A stretch of DNA of 60,808 bases, filler included, from Bipalium vagum (lineage: Eukaryota), in the NCBI GenBank assembly GCA_037834085.1. It is 3 parts of 3 records of this genome, joined end to end, with 100 filler letters (N's around TTAATTAATTAA, not from the genome) between each part and the next. Parts side by side here need not be neighbours in the genome. Positions count along the whole stretch, not along the records: positions 39,402 to 60,808 come from JBBMKC010238005.1; 2 more parts are not named here. One strand, written 5' to 3'. The notes under the pieces are model-generated. The model saw only the letters and a program-made list of their open reading frames with translations. It searched no databases and was not told where the DNA came from. Below, one piece after another: positions 50,395-60,808 of the stretch (within the stretch, counting starts at the first letter, position 1; each line of letters begins with the position of its first letter). A program made the position numbers and the translations under genes.

Positions 50395-53300
50395 TCAATC
50401 TTTATAAGCATTTAAAAGTTCTGGCTCTGTGGAACTAGGAATGCACGTTATCACTGCAATCAATATGGAACTAATATATAAAACGAAGAAAAGTCGGTCA
50501 AGAACGAGAGCCAATGTTCTCCACTCCATGGAAATAAGATTTTTTCTACTGTTTTCTTTTTGTCGATTTACAAACATTCTTATATAACGTTTTAATTCCC
50601 TAATGTCATTTTCCAAGGTGGTATGACAGCGCATTAATAATGGAGAATCCTCAGTATCTGTTATTGGGTTAGGTCTAGCGGCTATTGATGTAAGCGTACT
50701 TCTGTATACAGATGAATAGGAACGTGTTGGTCTAATATTTGCTTGCCAAACATTACCTAAAAAAGGGAAAATTATTTTTATTTTTATTAATGGAAATTAA
50801 CCTTCAGAATTGTCATTCATGTTGGAAAAGTGATTATTATTATAATTGTAATTATTATTGTCATAGTTAATGTTATTATTTGGAGACTTGTCTTGTGATA
50901 ATTGGGCCTCAGTTGATTGTATTGGAGATGTCAAAAATTTGTTTGAATCCAAATTTGGTATCTTTAAGCGACATTTTCTAATGCATCCATTTTCTGTTCT
51001 AGTTAGAACCTGATCCATTAAGTTATTTACTTCGGGTAGAGGAATATGTTGACGCACTAATAATAATCTCCCCAAGCCCTCTATGACAATCTGGAAAGTT
51101 TAATAATTTATTTCTGATTTTTTAATAAAAAAAAACAAGTTTTCAATATCATTAAAAATATAAAATAGACATAAAAGAGTTGAGCTTAAAAATGATATTA
51201 AGAATATCCTTAAAATCTGTAAGGAAAAATGACTAGGTTTTCCAAAAGGACCTGTGTAGCTTTTAATAAATGAACATAGAGCTAAAAATTTCAAAATTTT
51301 ATTTAAAATAACAAGTAAAAAATAGTAAGAGAAGGTTTTATGGTGTAATTGAAGTGGAAGTCAATTGCTATCACAAACATTAAGTAGAAGAAATTTAATT
51401 TAGATAAGTCACACCCAGTCACTAATTGTCTAATAATATGTAGATATCTTTGCCTAATGAAGATGACAGTTATTTTTGTTGAAATAAAATGGAAATAAGT
51501 CTAATAGAAAGGCAGAATACCAGAAAGTATAACAGAGAATTATAGAGAAAAAACATAGCAAGAACTATAGAAAGATTATAGAAAGATAAATCTCGTTGTG
51601 AACGGTTTCAGTTACTAGAAGAGCAAGGAGATGCTTTCGTAATGGAAATTTCAGCCGTCACAGTTGATGAGTAGAATAACTGTTTTAACAGTTGGTTCGA
51701 AAGCATGCAAAAACGAATTAATAGTGATGGAAAATATTTTGAAAATCAATAAAAAATTTTGAGTGTTTTTAGTTTTATTTTGATGACTATATGCAGAACT
51801 TAAAAGAAACTACTTATCAATCGTTTAATAATAATTACAATACTGATTTGTTTAAATAAAACATTTTATTCAAGTACATATCAGACTGAAGTCAGATAAG
51901 TGAATAATTAAAGTAAGATATGTTAATTTTTAAATTGTTAGGAGATGGATGTAAATTACAAAAACCAAGCTTATATTCATCATTGCATGTTGTATGAGTG
52001 TAACTGTCGATTAAAACAATTTTGAAAAATATCAGATATGTCTATTGTAATACAGTGCAACTTCTATTTTGAACAAATTTCTGAAATGGGCCACTTCTAT
52101 AATCGGATCAAACTCTATATTTGGACCAATAATTTGTACTTATCATATTTCTCGATATTTTCATATAAAAAATAAATTTCTTGGTCCAAAAATTTCAAAA
52201 TTTTTTAAAAAAATTTAATAATTGGTTTTAATAATATTTTGGTATATAACATTTTCAAAATCAGGAATGAGTAAAATAAACTAAAATTACGGATTATTTA
52301 ATTCAAAAACGTTGAAATATATTATTATTTATTGGACTTATTTTTTTAAATTTCTATTATTACATCCATATAAACTCATATAAAACATGAACAGTGCCTT
52401 TTTATGTCTTAACTTCTAATATTTGACCAAATTCTATTTTTAGACAATTTTTGAAATTTTGTGGTCCAAAATAGAAGTTGCACTATATTTTCAAAATTAG
52501 CAAGTTGCGAAATGATTCGATCGACTTGGAATTGTCAATCTTAGAAAACATAACAAGAAAAGAGATTTAAAATAATATTTTATAAAAATATGATATGCTG
52601 ATTGTAATTTTTGAAAAGATCAAAACAAATAAAAGACATGTCTTACAATAGTACCTTGTAAGCAGTATACTAAATAAAGAGAATCTGTGGAACCAAGATT
52701 TTACCCTAACTAGATATCATCCGGTCTTTGGAGTATTTAGTTTGAATTAGTGAAAATTGGTTATGAAATGCACTTAAAATTCTACTGTGAAATTCGAGAT
52801 TGTTTAAAAAAAGTATAAATAAATCTTTTTCATGAGTTAGACTACAAGCCGCAAAAATTATGCAGTAAAAATTGAAAATCTCCACACGGGAAAGAAGATT
52901 TAGCATTATAGCATTTTTTCAAACAAAAAGCTTAAAAGAATAAAAGCTTAAAATTCTTAAAAGAATAAAAGCTTAAAATTCTTAAAAGAATAAAAGCTTA
53001 AAATTCTTAAAAGAATAAAAGCTTATGTTTTCAGTGAGAAACTCAGTACCAGGTAAAATAACAATACCAAAATTGTGGAAATGTTGAAAAGAAATTTTAG
53101 ATAAAATGATGAATAATATGAATAAAAGATAAAAAAATATATAAAATTACCTGTAATATTTATTATTAAAGATTTGTATTAATTACTTTTTAAAATTATA
53201 TAATATAATAATATAATAAAATAATAATTTAATTGATATTTTGATAAAAATAATATTTACCCTTCTTATGAAAGAAGGAAGAGGACCTGCATAATCTCCA

Positions 53301-56300
53301 CGAAAATAATAATTTATGACCAATGTGGCGAGAAATGTTGACAATGTAATCATGATCATATTCAAACAAAAAAATCCACCTGAATATAAATATTGTCATA
53401 AGTTTTATTGATCTAATCCAGTACCGATTAGTGGAAACTTCTTTACTGCACTTGGTGTAGACTCTGCTAATAATAGCAAAAGAACGAAAAAAGCTACGAA
53501 GATGTTCATTCCTAAAAATATTCAACATATATATTTATTCCAATAAAATTATTATTAAGTGTAAGTTGCCACTTTAAACCTAGCAAAATTTCAGATGTTA
53601 TCTAATCATCTTTTATGGTTTAAACTTGGTATAGTTATGGAAATTCTTCATTACAGATCTTCAATAAACTTCAAAGACCAGAACTGATTGTACAGAAAAA
53701 TATGCAATATCAAGATGTTCAAGACTCGAAAGAGAAAATAGACTTAATCATTACAAATGTAGAGAAGAAGATTATTTACTTGGTTGATTTAAAATGTCCA
53801 TTGATTCTACGAAACTTTGATAATAAAAACATCGTAAAGTATTCGGACTTGAAAAGAAAAATTAAACTGACAAAACCTGATTATAATATCCAATTGAAGA
53901 CACTGATTATTGGGTATTTCGGGACTAAAAATCCAGATGCACTAGACATACTAATCAATATTAGAATTCCAAAAAGGAAATCAAGTGCACTCTAATGTCA
54001 TTTGCATTACAAAAACATTGATAAATCGGCGAAGAATTGGAATTTCCATGCTTCGGGATATTTGATTAATTTTATATATATATATATATATAATATAGAT
54101 TGAAGAAAATCAACTTTTTGCTGAATGAAATTTATCATAAACCCAGGCTGGTTAATTACATCTATGGCACTTGTGCTTGTTTATTTAATTTTTTGAGCCT
54201 TGTCTACGTCAAATTTGTTGTATAAATAAAATGTTATGAATGGTTTGGAAATACTTTAAGGATAAGTTTTTAATTACAATTTTTAAAATATAGATGTTCA
54301 GTTTGTGGCTTGTAAATAAAAATTTTTCGTCTCCGTGAAAATGTAATACACCACTTCTGAAAAGTGACTTCTGAAACCGTGTGCGAATTGGGGTGTGAAA
54401 TCCAAAAACTATTTTTAGTCTCAATACATCAGAAATCGTGACAATGTTAAACTGTCGTCGACGACTTCATACTATCCTAAACAAACAGAATTTCATTTGA
54501 CGGTAATAACTAAACTTGTTTATCATTTGGAAAAATGTTCACAGTCAAATGATTTTTACGTGAATTAATAAAATATTGGTACACGAATGACCTTTCAGTT
54601 TAAAATTAGAGATCAAAAATTGCAATTATTTTTGCACCGTTTTAATATTTAAGATTTATGAGGAAAACTTATGTATATATATATATCCTGTAACAAAAAT
54701 AATTAAATAAAAAATTATCTAATTAAAATAATATGAAAATTAAATAGAATTTTTAAAAACCTAGCATCATTTTCGCAGGGGATTCAGGAGGTAACCAGAA
54801 AACAACAAGTGTGAGACTGGACAGCAAAATACAGGGAATTACCAAAATCGAAACATAGAAACTGGGATTGCGCCTTAAACGCACTAAGTATCGTAATACT
54901 GGATAATGTTTTTTGATAAGTTCTCCTCTGCCGTCAGTATGAATTCTGGAACGGAATTTCATTACTGATTTTATCTAAGAATATAAATGCTAATTTCACG
55001 ACATTCTGGAAATTGAACATTCCTACAAATTTAGAATAAAAAATATTAAAAATTTTTCTGGAAATCAATTCCACTTTAACACTTGTGCATATTTTTACAT
55101 TATCGTTGGCTCAATTAATTTCAATTAATTTATTCAACTTTCAAAGAAGTTTTTTAAAAGTTGTTTTAATATTTTTAAAATTACTTTTAAATCTTCATAT
55201 TCGAATTTAACTTTTTCAATTTTAATATTATAGTAATATTATTATATTTATATATAATAATTCGTTTTCTTTTGGGTATTTCATCTTCCAAAAAACAATT
55301 TCTTAGGCAGATTAACATTTTACTTTCTCATATATTTTATTAATAATTTTACAAATGAAGAAAATAGTTTGCCTAATTTTCCCGAATAAAACAATCAATA
55401 ATCAGGATAAAAATCTAAAACTTTCTTTTATGTACAAGGTATGTTGGAATGGCTGCCATTCAAAAATTCTCCGTAATATATTCATTAATTAAGTCTGGAA
55501 ATTTTGATAATGCTAATTGTTTTTATGACAGTTGAATAATAGAATATTATTTTCTGTTGGAAATTCTCTGTCGTAAAACAATTTCAAAATATTGTACCTA
55601 ATGAGATTTATAATTATTATTTATTTAATAATATATTAGTTAAATAAAGTGAAAATGGTTAAATAGCTGGTGTTAAAATTAAAGATCAAATAATTATTAC
55701 ACTATTTTTAATAAAATTAACGATTATAATTTATTCAATAAATATATAATATAATATTTAATAATAATCAATTTTTTTTAATATTAAAAATTATTGATAA
55801 TAATTTTTATGATATACCTGTTTTTTATCAGTTCCATTTCTGCCATGCCTTTTATCATCTTCTCCATCAGCTCGCCATTCATTACTTGGAAGATAATCAT
55901 TAAAATCGATAAAGGGCGTGGAATCATTTGACCCATCAGGTATCCACCAGCTAATTTTCATCTGAGTTACGTCATATGCCCATGAACCAAACTCTAGCAT
56001 ACATATCTAAAAAAAATAATAATAACATAACACTTTAAAATACTATATACTTGATTATCGAAAGGAAAATAAGTAATTTCAACTGCACAAGTGCTTTTGA
56101 AAATTGCTTGAGGAACCCATAAAGTTATTCCTGTATGTTTTACAACAACCCTAGCAATGCGAGCTTCTTTCAATCTTACATCAGCACTAAAAACGTTTAT
56201 AGTTTATTAATAATTAATACAAAACTAACAAATTATAAAGCTTAATATCAGGTGTCCATATTTGATCTGGAAATACTCTGATTTCCGTTATCCCAGCGTG

Positions 56301-56668
56301 GTCGTCCGGATTCCATGACAGTAAGTTATCTTGCCATCTCTATACTGTACTCTAAAAGTTTTCATCAAGTTACTTCATACTTACATACATAGACCAGCAA
56401 TTAGTTCGTAATATTTGCTTGTTTTCATCCAAGTCAAGTATCTGTATTAACTGTAGTCCATACTGTACTTTCATAATATCAGAAGTCTTGCTAACTGGAC
56501 GACCAATGATTCCATAATGAAGATAATTCTCAAGGAGAGTTATGGTCAGATTCTTTTCCACTGATGGCCATATTACAGCTGAGTTTTCTAATGGAAATTG
56601 GATAATATAAGGAAAATCATTTGAAAAATACCTTTTAAAAGAAAAAAGAGAACAATTAAGACCAGCAT
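50395..56668 (-). CDS. Cys-loop nicotinic acetylcholine receptor-family subunit, non-alpha, anion-selective (ACC-type) signature; complete, 10 exons, 581 aa
   Basis: Exons (-): 56668-56632, 56587-56385, 56339-56230, 56186-56051, 56006-55818, 54974-54761, 53511-53425, 53379-53261, 51090-50802, 50756-50395. Signal peptide MLVLIVLFFLLK, GRPV, WTPDIKLYN, Cys-loop CAVEITYFPFDNQIC, GSWAYD, M1 LVIPCILLSSLTLVVFWLPP, M2 PAKMMLGMNIFVAFFVLLLLLAE, M3, and M4 EWRTLALVLDRLFF. Confidence 0.95.
51590..51751 (+). mobile_element. Mariner C-terminal relic in an nAChR intron
   Basis: VDE*NNCFNSWFESMQKRINSDGKYFENQ*. Confidence 0.7.
52053..52485. mobile_element. 433-bp pogo/Tigger-like MITE in an nAChR intron
   Basis: TIRs cagtgcaacttctattttg / caaaatagaagttgcacta, TA flanks, and internal partial repeats of ttcta.(a/t)atttg.acca. 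Confidence 0.8.
52931..53025. repeat. 25-bp minisatellite, 3.8 perfect copies
   Basis: cttaaaagaataaaagcttaaaatt at 52931, 52956, 52981 and partial at 53006. Confidence 0.95.
53600..54092 (+). mobile_element. 3' fragment of a non-LTR retrotransposon with restriction-like endonuclease (R2/R4/NeSL type)
   Basis: ORF 53702-53995, KIDLIIT..IYLVDLKCP..NIVKYSDL..LKTLIIGYFG, resembles the REL motif (R/K)PD..I..ID...P..K..KY..L..IIG.LG. It is followed by a short 3' region ending in (TA)n. Confidence 0.7.
54200..54646 (-). mobile_element. Mariner 5' relic
   Basis: TIR-like aattgcaattatttttgcaccgttttaata end and a degenerate RTRFQK..FRSG helix-turn-helix segment. Confidence 0.45.
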
Positions 56669-57289
56669 TAAAATAAATATAATAATATAATGTATTAAGA
56701 AATGAAAATCTCTGATTCTGATTGGTCAACAGAAAGAAGGAAATATTGATTGGGAAATATTTTAATGAACTCTGGGGAAGAAAATAAGGGATAACATCCT
56801 TTTCCTTAATCTATGTGCATTGATTGATTGCTGAAAAAAAGAAAAATAATATGAAATCCAGATCTACCTTCCACGACTTAACATATCGGTCGTCAATAAC
56901 GAAGTTTGTAATTTGTCAATTTTTTTTTCCTTTCATTTTTTTGTAGTGTACAACTCTTGGATCTGTTTTATATTAAAAGTAAGCGAAAATTGGTACAAAG
57001 GAAAATGTTATTTGGTAGAATAAATATAATTTTTCATTTTTCAATATTTTTACAAAAATCTTATTGTAAAATAATAATAAAATAAAATTATAATTAATTA
57101 TTACAAAATATTATCGAGATACATTGACTGAAATTCTTTAGGTGGAGAGAAAAGGAAATTCAGAATTGAACAGTGGAGTTTGCTGATGTTTTGCTAACAT
57201 GTTGGCAAAAGTTACTTTTCATCAATGTTCTGATAGTTTTGGGATTAATGAAACATTTCAATACATCATAAAAGATCACAAGTTACGAT

Positions 57290-58100
57290 ATTAAAAAAAA
57301 GTTTCCGTTTTTTAAGTAAAAACAATAAAAAATTTTCATATAAGAAAAAAACTTTATTGAATCAAATATGCTCCATTTTATTCGATAACCATTTATCTGG
57401 TAACTTTATAATGTCATCATTGTAGAATTTCTGATCAAAAAAACTGTACAATGTAATTTTCCTAGTGTTTCTTTAAAAACATTGGAATTCCATCAAGAAA
57501 ATCTGCAGAGACTGAAACAATCTTGACTTAACTCTGAAACCATCAGAACTCCTCGATTAAACTGCTAATTTTTGATGAGTCATTAAAAATATGAGTGGTC
57601 GGGCGTTGTGATGGAACAAAATAGCTTTTCTGTTGAGTAATTCAGGCTTGGTTTTGCAATCCTTCATGGGGCTGTATCTTTTTTGGATCAAAACCTGTTT
57701 CTCAAATTATTATCTCTGATCATATTTTTAAGAAAATTTATATTTTTCAATGAGGATTCACAATTTTAAATTCTGCTTATTCTTTTTCTTGTAACCCAGC
57801 TTTTAAAGATGATTTCAAGTAATTTTAGTTAATGATAGATCCTTGGTAATGTCATAACTTCTTATGTGACATTCTTGTTTGATTACTTTCATGATTTCAT
57901 TGTCTGTATCTGCTATTTATCGGTAAAAACAAGATGCATCTTTAAACTCAAAGTTGCCTTGATAAAAATTTTGAGAATGACTCCGTACATGTTCTTTGTA
58001 ATATGGTATCAAATCTATGAATGGCTCATATTTTTGACTATGACTGGCATTTTTCCATTTCTGGAAATAGAACTACACAACACACTGAATTTCTTTATTT
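57290..58100 (-). mobile_element. Mariner transposase relic
   Basis: HHNARPL..MTHQKL and DQKFYNDDIIKLPDKW on the minus strand. Boundaries approximate. Confidence 0.7.
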
Positions 58101-58299
58101 TGAACTTATGCAATATCTGTTAATTCGGATAAACAAATGTTATTAGTATAATTTTAGTATGAATTATTTATTCTAAGAACTTGATTTTAATAATAAATTT
58201 ATTACAGATTGAATTTCAAGCTGTAATGCAAATTAAAACAGTCTATGACGAAACTATGAAATAGTTTTAGGTCGTCTAATATAATCAAGAAATGTTTTC

Positions 58300-59034
58300 G
58301 AATAGGCAAAGACATGAAATTAAATAAAAAATATATTATATAAATGATATTCTTTTTAAATTATGGATTGCCTATTGTTATCAGGAACATATTATCATCT
58401 TCCAGGAAGCATAAGAATTCCTCATTCAAAAAACTGCAACAAAACGAATTTGACATTCAATATTAGTAAAAGTTTTGCCATTCAAGAAAGTTTGCATGGA
58501 GCGAAAAAAGTAGATATCAGATGAGAAGAGGTCTGGGTTATGATGGTAGATGAGGCAAATAGATTGAAAAACAATGCCTAAACCGTTTACTTAATTTTGA
58601 CGTTTTACTTGGATTTCCATGTTCTATTTTTTCAATTAATCAATGTAAATATCAGAATTAATTTTTTGACTGCTTGATAAAATTTCGAATTATATGATAA
58701 TCCAACTAAAAGTATAGAATAACTTTCTTTTGATGATTATCAGCCTTGGAAGACCGCATTGCTTATTCTGACTTGCAACATGATCTTTTAGATGAACCTT
58801 TTTGTAGGAAATTCATTTTCATCATCGGTTACTATTTATTTCAAAATGAGATATTTTTGTTGCATTTGCTAAGGAAATCACATATCTCAAAGGTTTGTCT
58901 AATGTGACTTTCCTTAAAATAAAGAGGAGTTTTATACGTACATCATATGCTCAATGATTATGTTATTTAAAATGCACTTAAATTAAAGTTAATTGTCTGT
59001 GAAAAATGATATTTACTTTCTTTTCTACCCAATA
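58300..59034 (-). mobile_element. Mariner relic with TIR-like end
   Basis: YHHNPDLFSSDIYFFRSMQTFLNGKTF and GILMLPGR; end tttactttcttttctacccaata resembles a mariner TIR. Confidence 0.7.
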
Positions 59035-59199
59035 TACAGTAAAACATATTTTTTTTAGTACTCTTAAAATTATTGGCGCAACTCTTAAATAGCTCATCTG
59101 ACCTACACTGAGGTTGCTGTGGCCTTAACTAAAGAACTCATCACCTCATCCTCTAAAAAATATATCTGATGGGGCTCTTTAATTATCTTGACATGTTTC

Positions 59200-59560
59200 A
59201 ATTTCAATGGAAAGTCAGTTCTAGCGTTTGTTTCTTAAAATCAAAACCAATGGTGGTATCACAGAAATTTAACTGATATTTTCTTTTTTCTGAATGCATA
59301 CGGTGATGATAATTTCATTTCCAGCAAGATAACTGCCGATGTTAATTAACAAGATTCAATTTGCACTGGGTCTAAGTAAAAACAGTTGAATATATGCCCC
59401 GGCCCGAATATTCACTTAACATTAATCCGACAGAAAATTTATGGGGAGTGCCTGTTCATTAAGTTTATGAAGGTGGAAAGAAAATGGGAAAGAGAGCATT
59501 TGAAAACCTGCTAAATTCTATGAGACAAAATTTTTCAAGTTATTAATAATCAATGTGCAA
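59200..59560 (+). mobile_element. Tc1-like transposase relic
   Basis: FHFQQDNCR and PEYSLNINPTENLWG correspond to Tc1 FQQDN / SPDLNPIENLW motifs. Confidence 0.7.
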
Positions 59561-60808
59561 TTAAATATTAACAACTCACTTTTATTAACTTTGTTTCACA
59601 CTTTCTGTTTAAAATCTCTTTTTTCGAAGCGTGTCAATAAATATTGTTAGCTTAATTTAACTCGGTTTTTATATCTTCTGTATTAAAATTTTAAGCATTA
59701 TGGATTTTAATTTTAAATTCAACAATAAAATTTACTTATTACAAAAACAGTCCTCCATCGAGATCCGAATCCTTAGTCCACGAGCATCTGGATCGATCCT
59801 CCGGTGTTTTTGGTATTCTTCAATTGGTTTGCTGATGAAAAACAAGTTCCCTTTCGATTACTGGGATTCGGCAACAGAGCAATATGATCGTTCGTTGTCT
59901 GGCAATCTAGTGCAACCAGGTTCTTATAATAATTAAGTCCAGGTGAAAATTCCTTGGGTAATCAAAAATAAATATCTTCTACTGAAGAACATTATTTAAA
60001 TCACAATTATATATTTTGTATAACAAACAAATCCTCTTCCGAGGAAAATTTGCATCGTGTACCATTTTCTTTATTTTTTTTTGCATTGATTGGTTGATTT
60101 TTGATAGTTGGATTGTCTGCCTTCCCCGCTCATTTGGATATTCCCTGAATGTATTAATAGAAAGGGAAGGTAGTAGAGAAGAGAGAAAGAGACAGAGAAG
60201 AGGTACATAAGATAGTCAGAAATAAAATGATAATAAGAGATAAAAGATAATAATAATAAGATTTAAGATTATATAATAAGAGATGATAATAATATTAATT
60301 AGATTTTTTAAAAAATTAATTAATTAACCAACAATATTTTAAACAATTAATCAATTCTTTTTATATATTTTTATTATTCAAGAATAAATTAACACGGCAG
60401 TACTTCTGTTCAAATGTTACACACGGAAAATGTTTGCCTATGAACGTAAAAAAACGGCAATAATATTGTGAGCATATTGTAAAGTAAAACATACATTATA
60501 CCTATGTATCGGCTTACATACCGAGAGATAAAACAATAAAGCAAAAAGTTCAGTCTATATTATCAGTCAATCGGTCAATCCTAATTAAGTTTTCTACAAT
60601 CGTCTTACATACCGAGATAAAAGAACAAATAAAAATTGTAGCTATACATTTGAACAGGGCATTGCACTAATGTTATCATAATTATTTAATTTTTATTATT
60701 TTTTTTATTTTTATTATTTTCGTTATTATTACTATAAGGAATTATAAAGATTTTACGTAATCTTTATAATTCAGTAAAATCAATAATTACAATTGTTTTA
60801 ATTATTGA

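Noticed and set aside
52931-53025. CRISPR-like array
   Set aside because: Head-to-tail repeats with no spacers in a eukaryotic intron; a simple minisatellite.
56370-56729. ORF-track N-terminus MTNQNQRF.. for the nAChR
   Set aside because: Starts at TTG and reads through a 44-nt intron; splicing from the ATG at 56668 gives a proper signal peptide.
1-60808. tRNA, rRNA, snRNA or SL RNA genes
   Set aside because: None recognised by eye; tRNAscan-SE/Infernal would be needed to exclude them.

Overview
AT-rich, intron-containing animal genomic DNA, most likely a flatworm such as a triclad planarian. That assignment is an inference from 42-55 nt mini-introns, abundant (AAT)n, many mariner relics and a Pro-Ala anion-type nicotinic receptor. 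The window is not one locus. Two identical 100-bp artificial spacers (44N-TTAATTAATTAA-44N at 23695-23794 and 39302-39401) join three independent contigs. Contig 1 (1-23694) holds a complete 8-exon GMPPB (+) and a 5'-truncated plasma-membrane Ca2+-ATPase (PMCA, -) with two alternative last exons at splice site C. Contig 2 (23795-39301) holds a 2-exon TTC7 (+) and the first 10 exons of VPS13A/C (+). Contig 3 (39402-60808) holds a FGFR1OP2/SIKE-family gene (+), a 4-exon membrane-anchored SRPBCC/START-fold gene the ORF track largely misses (+), a miniature FAM177 (+), and a complete 10-exon non-alpha, predicted anion-selective nAChR-family subunit (-). Introns and intergenic DNA carry decayed mariner/Tc1/pogo transposons, MITEs, a REL-endonuclease retrotransposon fragment and microsatellites. 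I built all exon structures by hand from GT-AG sites and frame continuity. Homology calls rest on remembered family motifs, not database searches.
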